A stretch of 64,000 bases of DNA, taken from the NCBI RefSeq assembly GCF_947568905.1, contig NC_079167.1, positions 10,478,001 through 10,542,000 of the forward strand. Direction: 5' to 3'. Below are positions 37,862-49,895 of this stretch, in pieces. Each line of letters begins with the position of its first letter. Position 1 is the stretch's first letter. The stretch comes from Ostrea edulis. Its lineage: Eukaryota. The notes under the pieces were generated by a model. It worked only from the letters and a program-made list of their open reading frames with translations. It was not told where the DNA came from and made no database searches. The position numbers were made by a program, and so were the translations under genes.

Positions 37862-40743
37862 AGCCACAACACCCTATGAAATTTGTCAAAATCTGTCTTT
37901 CTTTTTTTAAATTTTAAATGATGACTTCATTTTAAATTCCCCACTTTAAATTTCATTACTCATTCTATATGTGTGCATATATCGAAACTTTTCTCAGTCT
38001 ATCTATTTGTATTTTTATTTATTTATATATATGTGCACGTTCATGTGAGTGTTCTCTGCTGTATATGTTATTTATTTGTATATATGTGTGTGCCTTGTAT
38101 TTCCATTTCACACTAGACCTTGATGTAGGGAGAGGGCTAAAATAGGATATGCCTGCTGCCCGATCCCATACACTTTGTGAAAAAATATATTTTAAATTAA
38201 ATTTAAATTTGCCCATTTAGAATGAATGAAAATAAAATGGGTGAAAACTTCCCTGCAGACAGTATGTGCTACTCTTAGCAAAAAAATAAGGGGAAGGGGG
38301 CATTTGTTGAGGTTCATTTGTTGAGGTTCATAGTATTAACCATTTTTCCTGTTCACATACTTGTAGCACCGTCTGTAGATGTACTTCCAGTCAATCTTAT
38401 CTTCGTCGAGACCAAGTTCCCGTGGCAAGAAGACCAAAAGCTGGCGATCAGTGAAGTGGAAGAAACAGAGCTGTTTCCATAGCAACATTTGTGAAGAGAC
38501 CCTGTGATTGGTCTGACATGCCTGACCTGTGTGTATGATGTCATTGTGATCTGAGAGTTTTCTGAAGATGCACCTCAAGCAGTCCTCTGGTAATTCATCA
38601 AACATGGGCTTCCCATCCGTCTTTCTCTGTAATGATCAGTCGAAGTAAACTACCCAAACACATCCTGTTTTTTATATCTTCATTTGTATATATTAAGTAG
38701 TGGTAAGACGTTACAAAATGTTCCAACATTATCACTGACATCTTACATGTGCAAATATTTGTAATTTTGGCAGATACAAACGTGAAACAGTGGAGAGATT
38801 TGATACAAGAGAGATAACTCCTAGACATTGACTGCCAGGGGACTTGCCTGTTTGACTCTGTATTTGTCTAGCTTGGCAATCATCCTGGACGCTGCCACAC
38901 TGTGTTTGTTCCACAGACTCTCACTGCCAATGTGGGAGTATTGTCCGTCTGTTAGGGTGTTCACAGCACAGTTCAACAATTCCTTCATTGCAGGAACATT
39001 AGTCTCTGTTTTCAAAGCTATAACAAAATTTGAAATGCTGATATCATCGTTACCGTAATGGTGATTTACTGCTGCCCATTTCACTATAATCATTGAAGTG
39101 ATATCATGAAGGAAACAGTAACTAAGCAAACAAATAGAACAATAATAAGGTTAAAATAACAGTTATGCAATATCTTGCGTCTAATAGGAACAGCATGTTA
39201 TTTTTTTTTTTCGAATTGACATTCTAAATATTTTTTTTTACCAAGCACTTACGCAAAAAAAGGTGATTGGTTCAAATTTTGATATGAGAGATTTATCAAC
39301 TTTCTAATGTTAATATCTCCATATCAATTGTATATAAATATGACTTTGTCTTTATTATCTCAGTATCTGATTTTCAATTAAATACTTCTTAGCACCTGTA
39401 CTGTTATCAAATATCAAGCTCCTGAAGTTACCTTGATTTGTCATTTCCTCAAGAATACTGATGATATTTTTCTGTGAAGTTCCACTCAGGTATCGAAAGT
39501 TACGAGTTAGCAGCAGGAACATTAGCTGTAGTGAAAGAGAAGAGTTTACAACACAGATCAAATCAATGATTCATGTAGCTTATGATAAAACATTGCCTAA
39601 AGCGGGAAACACTGTACTAAACAATTTTTTAATTCCAAACCTTTTTAACGTAACTGAATCGTCTGATGTCCCTGGCAGCTCCTGCGATGTCCAGATGTAT
39701 AAATGCCTCACTCAGACTTGTCATCACCTTTCTCTGTAATACATACTGAACCTTATGTCTATTCAATCATTTAAATGTTTTGTTTTTAAAGCCTTCAAGG
39801 AAAATGCTAATTTCAGAATTTATTGTAGTTAGTAGAAAATTAAGTTTTCCCCCATTGATGGACCATTTACTAAGAACAGGTATGGGGTTGTTATGGTTTA
39901 TATTTTGTCCTACTTGATCAATGTTCAATGTTGCTGTGAATGAAAGGTGACGATAACGAACAGTGATCAATCTCATAACTCCTATAAGCAATACAAAATA
40001 GAGAGTTGGGCAAACACGGACCCCTGGATATACCAGAGGTGGGATTAGGTGCCTAGGAGGAGTTTACAAGCATCCCCTGTCAACCAGTCACACACGACAT
40101 GAGCAGTGAAAAAAAAAATTCTACATAAACAATCCTCAGTCAAATTGAAATATGTTGATTGGTTACTTACATCACTACATCACTAATGATTGAGTTGACT
40201 ACACTATCTTCCATTCAAAGCAAGGCGAGTGATCTCAGCAATTAAAATGCTTTTATACATGCATATATTTTAAAATCATTTAATTACCTCCTTTGAAATT
40301 CCTTTGATGTAGTGAATATGTGGTTGATGTTTATGCCATGTGTCATCATATTCGCTGACAGCTAGCCTCAACAATCTAAAATAAGTCATAATACGGTAAT
40401 ACGAGTTCACTGTGAAGCTGCTTAATATTAAATTACACTGCACAATGTTACATGACTGCATCTATATATCTTTATGAACTGACGTGAAATCATACAATAA
40501 GAAAAATAAACACAGAATTCCTCAAATATATATATATTTTCACTTACCAAATTCTAAGAATGAAAGTTTTAATTAATATTTGAACTGACAACTGCTAGAT
40601 AGCTGAAAAATTTACCTTGCCAATATATTTTCATTCATTCGCTCGAATATTTTGATTCGCCACAGCTTAAGTCTTTCCCATCCCTCGTTCGTCCTTACCC
40701 ACTGGTCCCCTGGTGATCGCCAATCCCGACTTAAAAACGGCAT
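36874..40743 (-). CDS. FBXO32: F-box only protein 32 / atrogin-1 (FBXO25/32 family), 332 aa
   Basis: Exons 40743-40616 (MPFLSRDWRSPGDQWVRTNEGWERL...), 40375-40288, 39733-39641 (TSLSEAFIHLDIAGAARDIRRFSYV), 39525-39432 (LSGTSQKNIISILE), 39017-38848, 38626-38361 (F-box LPEDCLRCIFRKL...LWKQLCFFHF), 37234-37162 (CCHCDTLFW), 36960-36874 (GHPC...FLDLFLL*). Total 999 nt, all phases consistent. FBXO32 versus FBXO25 orthology cannot be separated in an invertebrate. Confidence 0.93.
39943..40105 (+). mobile_element. Penelope-like 3' terminal fragment in FBXO32 intron 2 (element lies on the minus strand, same sense as the gene; motif read here on +)
   Basis: gaaaggtgacgataacgaacagtgatcaatctcataactcc...gtcacacgacatgagc. 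Confidence 0.8.
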
Positions 40744-40809
40744 CCTTAGGTCAAGACAATAAAAGTTAAATATGTCTGCTTCTAGCCTTCTTCCTTTGTG
40801 TTTTGGTAA

Positions 40810-40960
40810 TGCGTAAATGTTTATGTTTATGCGGAAATGAGTATTCTGATCGGCAGAGAATGAATTGAAGTAGTCTGATTGAACGAAATCCACTACGGAT
40901 AGCTTTTGATTGGTCGAGGTCCCTAATATTATGCTAATGCACGTGGCAATGTTTACATCT
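40810..40960 (-). promoter_or_regulatory. Putative FBXO32 proximal promoter/5' region (forkhead sites, E-box, CCAAT)
   Basis: TGTTTAT at 40818-40824 and 40824-40830, CCAAT (minus strand) at 40909-40913, CACGTG at 40940-40945, TGTTTAC at 40950-40956. All lie within ~215 bp of the ATG. Confidence 0.4.
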
Positions 40961-42913
40961 GTCAGCTGACTGCAGAAACATGTTTAAAACAATATAAATT
41001 TTCTGTAATTTGATTCAATACATCAGAGAAAATTTTTATTATGTAGCAAACCAAAGATATTGGGTACCTAGAGGCAATATATGAAACAAAATCAGAAAAT
41101 AGGAGGGGTACAAAATCAATGCATTCATCGATCTGTCAAATCAAATGTCCATTTTTTTCTTTGAAAGTTTTCAACTTCAAGAATGTCTTTTTTAACACAC
41201 ATTCCCTTCAAAAGTAAAATATCCCAATATATGTGTTCTGAAGCATCTTCTTTTACTATGATGGGTCAAATATATCCAAAGAAATAACAAGATTAAAACT
41301 AAATTTTAAAAATACTTTACAGCACAAAAACTAAAACATCTTCAATAATCCAACCGTGCTAAATTTAAAAAAAAAAATCAAATTAGATTGCACAGGCATA
41401 GATTACAATCCAAGACTTTCTTATGGGCTCAATAAATTTTAGTAATAAATATCATATACATGTAGATAAATCCTCTAAATGTTTACAGGTCATGAAATAG
41501 TGATCTTTGACTGATAAATCGTTGCTTGCTGGGGAAGCCTATAAATAGATCTTATAGACAAAATTTTGCAGATTAAAGTCCTATTTTTCAATTTATTATA
41601 TGCTGATCCACTGCTTTATCAATTAAAATGCAATTCAGATTAGATCTGCAGATTTTGAGTTGATAATTATTTACATATGTGACAAAATGCAAATATAGTA
41701 AAATATCACAACAGCCTGTTTTCATCCCTGATGTTTAGTAACTAATCAAGTCTTGACAGAATTCTAAACTATTGTTGTACAGAGAGCCAAATTATAATCT
41801 GCGCAGCAAGTCTGCACAATTGCATCAGCAATCAGGATACATTGTTACACAATACACTCCATCTGCCTGTGTTGGCATACTGATCTGAGGAGGCAGATCT
41901 AAACAAACAGATGCCAATATACTAGATAACTAGGTTATGTGCACAATTAGATTTACAAACTATGAAATAGAGCATCTTGAGAAAATTTTACTACCAAGTA
42001 CAAATTTTTTAATTATGGTTGCATAATTTTTCAGAAGTATGGAGATGCATGTAGACATGCACATAGACATTTATTGTAATATGATATTCAATCATGTGTT
42101 CATATTTACATCTATATATCTACTTCATTTTAATTTTTTATGTATCATATGAAGTGTTATCTAGATAAGGTAGTGTATGAAACCAAAAACCAAAAAAATC
42201 AGATGCAAGTTTCTGTGATAATGACATGTCTTTCCTAAATTACATATGAACTTGGTCAAGAGCTCAAATTTGCATTTGAATGATTGTTAGTTTGGTCTCC
42301 TTCCCATAATTCTATTCTCCTACTCTTTACATTGAGTAGAGAGTGCACAACAAATGCAACAGTATGAAGGGGACCAGACTAAATGCCTGTTTACTTACTT
42401 GTTGTGAATGTTAGTTGAAGTGAATAAAAATACATCTGCTCATCTAATATGTCACTCAATACTAGATATTACTGGCAAAGTTTGAATCCAAACAGAGAAT
42501 TTTGCTACTGGACCATTTTGCATGTTTTTCACTGAGACATCCTCTTAATCATAACAATGATTGTGACGTCATGAAGGCATCAATGTCATTGTGACATCAT
42601 GATGAAGTCATTGTGACTATGACATCACCATAATTGTGATGTCATAGGCAAGGAAAACATACCAGACTGCAAAATACAGCAAATGAACATCTATAAATAT
42701 TCAGTATATATAAATACATACATATCCTTCTATTTTGTATATTTCTTTAATGATGAAAGCTTTCACTTCAATGAAGAGTCATGTCATTCTCATGTAAGGT
42801 ATAGCTAGCTCAATTAGGCTTAAACATTTTATGACACTACGTCACAAGATTGGTGATTCAAATGTTTTGTGAAATTACTTGTATCGATCTATTTGCTTAT
42901 ATATATATATATA

Positions 42914-42990
42914 TATCTGCGTAGCGCAGTGGATAAGGCGTCGGGTTACTGACTTTAAGATCCCGAGTTCAAACCGCCAGTGTCTGTTGT
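42914..42990 (+). mobile_element. tRNA-like head of a repeat (second copy at ~57680-57750, minus)
   Basis: atatctgcgtagcgcagtggataagg...gagttcaaaccgccagtg versus the reverse complement of 57680-57750, atatctgcaaagctcagtggataaag...ttttaaatccaccagtg. Confidence 0.5.
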
Positions 42991-43139
42991 GTTATTTATT
43001 GAAATGTTTGAAAATCATGGGTTTTTTTCTCTCTTCAAAATAGCATGATATTTGCCTTTTGACATTTATGTACTTATTACATATCATCATATTTTTCATG
43101 ATTAAATTATTTCATGCTGATTTGATAAACTCTTTCAAG

Positions 43140-43900
43140 GTGTTGTGAGCCAACTTAACTCCAGTAGATACATGTATCCGAGCAATTAGTCAATTTATGC
43201 CTAACAATCACAGATCTCATGTGGCCATCTTTACTTTCATTTTCTGTACAACAGCTAAATCTTCAGTTGATCTTCTTTGTTGAACTGCCATGAACTTGCA
43301 CAACATCATTGACCTTATAGCATTTCCAGTTACTCTGTGGAATTATTTTTGAGAAGTCCAATGTTCTGCATCTTCATTAAATAAAATGCAGAATTTTGGG
43401 CTGTTGATCATTGATCTATTTGTTTGCTCTCTTGTGGTTTAGTACACAGATGTTGCCATCTTCAGAATTCATCATTGGGTAATGTTGTGAGATTTCTGCT
43501 GTACAGTAGTTGTGATAGGGTCAGATGTATGTCTGCTGGGTTTGTTGACATGCACCTCTGTGGATATCGCTCATCATTACTTCTATTCCTGTAAGGTTTC
43601 AATATTAACTTTGGAATACCAAGTAATTTTCCACCAACCTTTTTATCAAGCCAATGAGCCTTTTCATTTCCACCATCCACCATAGGAAGGATGGAGATTT
43701 TCTTTAAAATTATTTCTGCTACAGCAGTCTTATAAAAACTTGGCATTGTCCAAGATTATTTATTACCGGAGTCAAAGGTCTTGGCTGAAAAATCTTTAAA
43801 ATGATTGCCAATGAATTCTCAGAATAAAAAGATTTAAATTTTCATCAAATCAGGGCAACATGCAAGCATGGTCATAAACGGATTGTTGCAAAATTAACTT
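43140..43900 (-). mobile_element. Decayed BEL/Pao LTR retrotransposon integrase and C-terminal (DUF5641-like) fragment
   Basis: Minus-strand frames read DNASFYKTAVAEI, KAHW..K.GG.LLGIPKLIL, LTLSQLLYSRNLTTLP, FHRVTGN, KVNDVVQVH and KDGHMRSVIVR. These match the BEL/Pao SDNA / APW.GG..ERL / PLTP..LL.GR.L / GDVV.V / DG.VR motifs in order. Confidence 0.7.
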
Positions 43901-44159
43901 CAGCCTAAATGGAAGGCAAGGCTTTACTATCTGACTAATGGCCCTAACCAACAATGCACAATCATCTTCATCTCATGTGAATCAAGTTTGTTAAAGGCTC
44001 CTAAGGCACAACTTCCAAGATGTTTTTTTATTACTTTTATCATCAAAAACAAGCATGGTGGTTCATGTGAGCATTGTGACCCTAATGCTTCTTGTTTCTC
44101 ATTCCTATCAGATACCAACTTCAATAGTATCTGACTCATTGCAGTGAAGAAACAAGTTG

Positions 44160-44770
44160 ACAAAACCCAACTTACTGCAGTGAAGGAACACTGACAAAAC
44201 CTGACTCCCTGCAGTGAAGAAACATTGACAAAACACTGAAAAACCAGACTCCCTGCAGAGCTCAAACACTGACAAAACCTAACTCCCTGCAGTGCTGAAA
44301 CACTGACAAAACCTGACTCCCTGCAGTGCTGAAACACTGACAAAACCTGACTCCCTGCAGAGCTGAAACACTGATAAAACCTAACTCCCTGCAGTGCTGA
44401 AACACTGACAAAACCTAACTCCCTGCAGTGCTGAAACACTGACAAAACCTAACTCCCTGCAGTGCTGAAACACTGACAAAACCTGACTCCCTGCAGAGCT
44501 GAAACACTGACAAAACCTGACTCCCTGCAGTGCTGAAACACTGACAAAACCTGACTCCCTGCAGTGCTGAAACACTGACAAAACCTAACTCCCTGCAGTG
44601 CTGAAACACTGACAAAACCTAACTCCCTGCAGTGCTGAAACACTGACAAAACCTGACTCCCTGCAGTGCTGAAACACTGACAAAACCTGACTCCCTGCAG
44701 TGCTGAAACACTGACAAAACCTAACTCCCTGCAGTGCTGAAACATTGACAAAACCTGACTCCCTGCAGGA
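44160..44770. repeat. 34-bp minisatellite, ~18 copies
   Basis: Unit ctgacaaaacct(g/a)actccctgcag(t/a)gctgaaaca. Explains the overlapping repetitive ORFs at 43927-44779. Confidence 0.95.
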
Positions 44771-45248
44771 AAGGAACACTGATCAATTACCTCATGAAGA
44801 TGTTACAATAACACATTATACATGTTATAGAGGTTGTTATTTTGAAGTTGTTGATTCAAGAATTTCAAACTCTGTCTCCTAATGATCTTTACCATCTGCA
44901 AATTACATTAGATAAGTTCGATAATTATACATCATTATGCCATCCTTGAAAACTTGTTAATTTTCAGCGATATGAAAAAGTGAACGTAAGGAACAGTGGT
45001 CAATCTCATAACTCCTATAAAGAATACAAAATTAAGAGTAGGGCAAACATGGACCCCTGGACATACCAGAGGTGGGATCATGTGCCTTGGAGGAGTACGA
45101 ATCCCCTGACGACTGTTCACATCCATAGTGAGCCCTATTTTTCAATTAGAAAAATGGGGTAATCTGTAGTTAAAATTAGTGTATAAAGAACAGCCTCAGT
45201 TGGTATGAAATATGTCACACAGCATTTTACCTAATGACAAGTTGTATT

Positions 45249-45919
45249 AACAAGAGGCCCAAGGGCCACATTGCTCACCTGAGTTACCTTGGCCCATATC
45301 TGAAGATTTTCCATATATATTTGCATGTAAAACCTTAGTCAGTATTGTGGCCCCAACCTACCCCTGGAGGCCATGATTTTTACAAACTTGAATCTGCACT
45401 ATATCAGGAAGCTATCATGTAAATGTCAGCTCTTCTGGCTCATTGGCTCTTGAGAAGATGATTTTTAAAGATTTTCCCTATATGTTTCTATGTAAAACTT
45501 TGATCCCCCGGGGGCCATGATTTGAACAAACTTGAATCCGCACTATGTCAGAAAGCTTTCATATAAATTTCAGTTCTTCTGGCTAATTGGTTCTTGAGAA
45601 GAAGATTTTTAAAGATTTTCCCTATATATTTATATATGTAAAACTCTGATCCCCTATTGTGGCCCCAACCTACCCCCGGGGGCCATGATTTGAACAAACT
45701 TAAATCTGCACTATGTCAGGAAGCTTTCATGAAAATTTCAACTCCTCTGGCCCAGTGGTTCTTGAGAAGAAGATTTTTAAATGACCCCACCTTATTTTTG
45801 CATTTTTGTGATTATCTCCCCTTTGAAGGGAGTATGGCCATTCATTTGAACAAACTTGAAAGCCCTTTACCCAAGAATGCTTTTGGTCAACTTTGATTAT
45901 CATTGGCCCAATGGTTCTT

Positions 45920-45950
<31 letters not shown>

Positions 45951-45965
45951 CCGCCAACGACAACA

Positions 45966-45997
<32 letters not shown>

Positions 45998-46018
45998 TTC
46001 AGCTCAGGTGAGCTAAAA
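45249..46018 (-). mobile_element. HINE-like element A
   Basis: Termini aacaagaggcccaagggccacattgctcacctgag and gctcacttgagcttcagctcaggtgagctaaaa (subTIR GCTCACCTGAG plus hairpins); internal tandem units. Confidence 0.75.
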
Positions 46019-46858
46019 ACTAGAGATTGTTTTTATGAAAAACAAATGTCTCTCCAGCTCCCCAAATTGGAAGTGCACTAAATGAAACCTCCTCCCTAAT
46101 AATGAACATAATGAACTCCGATAAGCCACATAGGAGAAGTGTTCACAAACTATTCTACAAACTCCACCCCTCAGATCCACTATAACTTTAAGGAAAACAA
46201 TTGGATCCTCCTGTCCCTACAATATGCACATCTGCAAATGACAATGAAGTATTGTACAAAATTTCAAGTCTATCTGATAAGCCATAAAGGAGAAGTGTTC
46301 ACATGCTATTTTACATCCTCCATCCCTCTTAGATCCACTCTAACTTTTACGAAAATAATTGGATCCTCCTGTCCCGACAATATGCACATCTACAAATGAC
46401 AATGAAGCATTGTACAAAGTTTAAAATCTATCAGATAAGCCATATAGGAGGAGAAGTGTTCACAAGCTATTTTACATCCTCCACCCCTCTTAGATCCACT
46501 ATAACTTTTACGAAAATAATTGAATCCTCTCATCCCACAAATATGCACATCTACAAAATTAATGACAATGAAGCACTGTACAAAATTTCAAATCTATCAG
46601 ATAAGCCATATAGGAGAAGTGTTCACAAACTATTTTACATCTTCCACCCCTCTTAGATCCAATATAACTTAATAAGGAAAACAAATTTAACAATTGGATC
46701 CTCAATATGTACATCTACAAATGGCAATGAAGCAGTGTACAAAGTTTCAAGTCTATTCAATATGCCATATAGGAGAAGCGTCCACAAGATTTTGTGACAG
46801 ACAGACAGATGGAAAGAACAAAAACAATATGACTCCCCCTGAAAGAGGGGAGACATAA
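46019..46858 (-). mobile_element. HINE-like element B with a ~160-bp internal satellite (~4 units)
   Basis: aatatgcacatct recurs at 46221, 46379, 46540 and 46704; (acag)n microsatellite; terminal hairpin gactccccctgaaagaggggagac. Confidence 0.75.
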
Positions 46859-47251
46859 TTAGACCATTTTAACAACTAGGAAATTTGTGAAATGTTGAAT
46901 TTAAACGAGACTGTTGAAACTCCTATAATATCAACCTGTTTGTCAGTTTAAATACTGACCATATGCAGAACAAGCCCTTGTGTATCGAATCAATTGAGAG
47001 ATATAAACACCATATGCAGGTGATAATGGAATATTGCTACATAATGTGGGAAGATGATGATGGAGAAGCTGATATCATCCTGTTTGTCATAAAGTTGAGT
47101 TCTTAGTTTGCCATTAATATCTATGTTCTCTAAAATATCTAGGTATGAAGCAGGTGTGAAAGACTCTTGATGTCTTTTATTTCGAGTTCACTGGGATATA
47201 TCGAATCATGAATGAAAATGATTATTTTTTATAGATAAAATGTCACAAATA

Positions 47252-47419
47252 TTATAGGATTAAACATTCTTTTTGAAGAATGTATCGATGTGTAAACTCC
47301 GAACATTTTACTCACAAACTGAATAAAAGTGCGAAGCACTTTTATGTTAAGTTTGTGAGTAAAATGGCCGGAGTTTACACATCGATACATTCTTCAAAAA
47401 GAATGTTTGATTCTTATAA
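47252..47419. repeat. 168-bp near-perfect palindrome (fold-back end of an element spanning ~47250-47590)
   Basis: ttataggattaaacattctttttgaagaatg...aaaagtgc-gaa-gcactttt...cattcttcaaaaagaatgtttgattcttataa. Confidence 0.9.
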
Positions 47420-47975
47420 TTCCAATTCATTCACTTTATAAACAATTGCAAAAATTTGAATAGTTTCCCCGCACTATGTTATTTGTTTTCAGGCGTGTAT
47501 GAATACATCGCGTTTTCGGATTTATTGATGTGTAAACTCTTGTTCAGCTTTATTTTTGTCCAATCAAAACACTTGTAATAAATAACATTGGAATTATATC
47601 TAAATGTCAAGTTGAAGGCCACAGCAAAAGATTTTTTTGTCTCATGTAGAAGCTTTTGATTATATTCTGCCTCGTAAGAATAAAAAACAAGTCTGCTAAT
47701 AAAGAATCACAATTCGTGCCCATGGGAATTCCAACAGACTGTTACAGAAGTGACAGATCACAAGACATGAATATTTCCTTTTTCCTTAGATTAGCAGAAT
47801 TTTAGTAATGACTGGGTATATTAGTAATTTGGAGGAGGATCCTACTCAAAATCACACATTATTGCTATTTTTCATAATCTGCTAGGAAACAAGCACACAG
47901 TGCAATGAAATGTCAATAAACTGAAAGTGACTGACATCACAACTTTTGATGCCATAGTTTGAACAATTTTGTTTT

Positions 47976-47977
<2 letters not shown>

Positions 47978-48026
<49 letters not shown>

Positions 48027-48198
48027 GAAGATGGCCAAGGTCACAAGGGCAAATATCTTGGTACCTGTCAAAAGAAATGCTCATGTATAATATGAAAGCT
48101 CTAATATTTACCATTTAGAAGTTATGACCAATGTAAAAAAAATTAAATGTAAGTTAAAAGTCAAGGTCAAAAGGTTTAATACCAACGGAAAGGTCTTG

Positions 48199-48234
<36 letters not shown>

Positions 48235-48242
48235 TCACTTAT

Positions 48243-48280
<38 letters not shown>

Positions 48281-48454
48281 GTAGGTCATACTCCAAGGTC
48301 AAGGTCACGGGGTCAAAAATGTTGGTACCCACGGAAAGGTCTTGTCACAAGGAATACTCATGTGAAATATCAAATCTCTATCACTTACTGTTCAAAAGTT
48401 ATTAGCAAAGTTAAAGTTTCAGACAGAATGACAGAATTACAGATTTACAGAATT

Positions 48455-48511
<57 letters not shown>

Positions 48512-48513
48512 AA
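47978..48513 (-). mobile_element. HINE-like element with a ~146-bp internal repeat
   Basis: aacaagatgtgtttgtgaaacacaaatgccccc ... (acagaat)n ... atgcccccCGATCTTCGATCTCgggggc. Same architecture as 53200-54492, opposite orientation. Confidence 0.8.
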
Positions 48514-48818
48514 AAAAGAATAAATAAGGAGCAAATTGTTTAAGTAGAACAGATTTGTATAAAAGGAATAGGAATCATTCATGTAAACAGTCTGAAAGTC
48601 TATACATGTATTAAAGAATAATTTTTTACTTTGGTCATCCTTGTGCATATAATATCAAGAACTTAAGTCAATTCTGATTTAGTTTTGATAAGACATACCA
48701 GTTGCTATGATTTTGACAAATGAAATTTCATAATTCCAGAATGATATGATAACAGAGTCGACTGTATGAGAAATGTAAATCACAAAAATGTGGACAGACT
48801 GACGGACAGAGTGAAAAC

Positions 48819-49410
48819 ATAAGAGGCCTATGGGCCACATTGCACACATGAGTCACCTTGCTCTGCTGTCGTTCAGAAAAGATGTTTTGCAACCTTTATT
48901 CCCATGAGAAATTTTGACCCCGTATTGTGGCCCAACTTAGCTCCATAGGATCAAACCAAGGGTCAACCATAGCTGCAGAACTGTAGCTCTCTGAAAAAAA
49001 TCACAATATTTTTTCAGAGAGCTACAGTTCTGCAGCTAGGTATGAAAGAACTACACATGTTAACTCTGGATTCCCGCCTAACCCCATAGGATCAAAATAA
49101 AACCACAAAACAAAGTCACAAGATTAAAAAAATCATAGTATGAAAGAACTACGCATTGTTAACTCTGAATAATTCCCACCTATATTTTCAACTCGTACAT
49201 CTAAAAAGCTTTGCAATTTTGCTAATGATTTTTTTTTAATGCAAAGTAGAATTTATTAGTACATGTAATTGATTATTAACTTTAATACCAGTGTTGATAA
49301 ATTAGTTGCTCTTAATTACAACTATGAAAATGTTAAAAGTATACGGACAGATGGATGGATGGACAGACTGACTTGGACAAAAAGTGATCAGAATAGCTCA
49401 TGTGAGCTGA
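48819..49410 (-). mobile_element. HINE-like element (family A), decayed
   Basis: aagaggcctatgggccacattgcacacatgag ... gacagactgacttggacaaaaagtgatcagaatagctcatgtgagctg. Confidence 0.6.
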
Positions 49411-49619
49411 AAAGGACTGACGGACCTAACTATATCTTACACCAAGTCTTCAAACTGTTAATGTTACCTTTAATATGTGATTTCAATGATCAGTAAAGAA
49501 CAGCTGTCATAGTGTAGCTTTTAATTGTACCATAATTCCATGAATCAAAGTTGTCAATCATTAACTGACTCCATTCATATATTTAATTTAACTATATATC
49601 CAAATTAGGCCCTTATAAT

Positions 49620-49895
49620 ACTCCATCCACATTCAGTTAGATAAATCCACTTATCAATGGTCCATCCACATTTATCCACTTACTTCATCTATATTAATTC
49701 AGTTAGATAATACCAGTTTATCCACTTGTAATACTCCATTCACATCAATTCATTTAGATAATGATACATCCACTTATGATACTCCATCCACATTAATTCA
49801 GTTAGATATCCACTTATGATACTCCATCCACATTAATTCAGTTAGATATCCACTTATGATACTCCATCCACATTAATTCAGTTAGATATCCACTT
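49620..49895. repeat. 40-bp minisatellite overlapping the CHCHD7 stop codon and 3' UTR
   Basis: Unit atccacttatgatactccatccacattaattcagttagat: about three near-perfect copies plus degenerate ones. Confidence 0.85.

Larger units (their letters stand above)
44975..47760 (-). mobile_element. Penelope-like fragment split by three younger insertions
   Basis: PLE segments at 44975-45248, 46859-47250 and ~47590-47760 (ending gtgcccatgggaattccaac, the GIPMGT motif) are colinear with the reverse complement of 19130-19968. Confidence 0.8.

Noticed and set aside
43927-44779. Cys-rich repetitive ORFs (MSVFQHCRE...)
   Set aside because: Translation artefact of a 34-bp tandem repeat read in all three frames.
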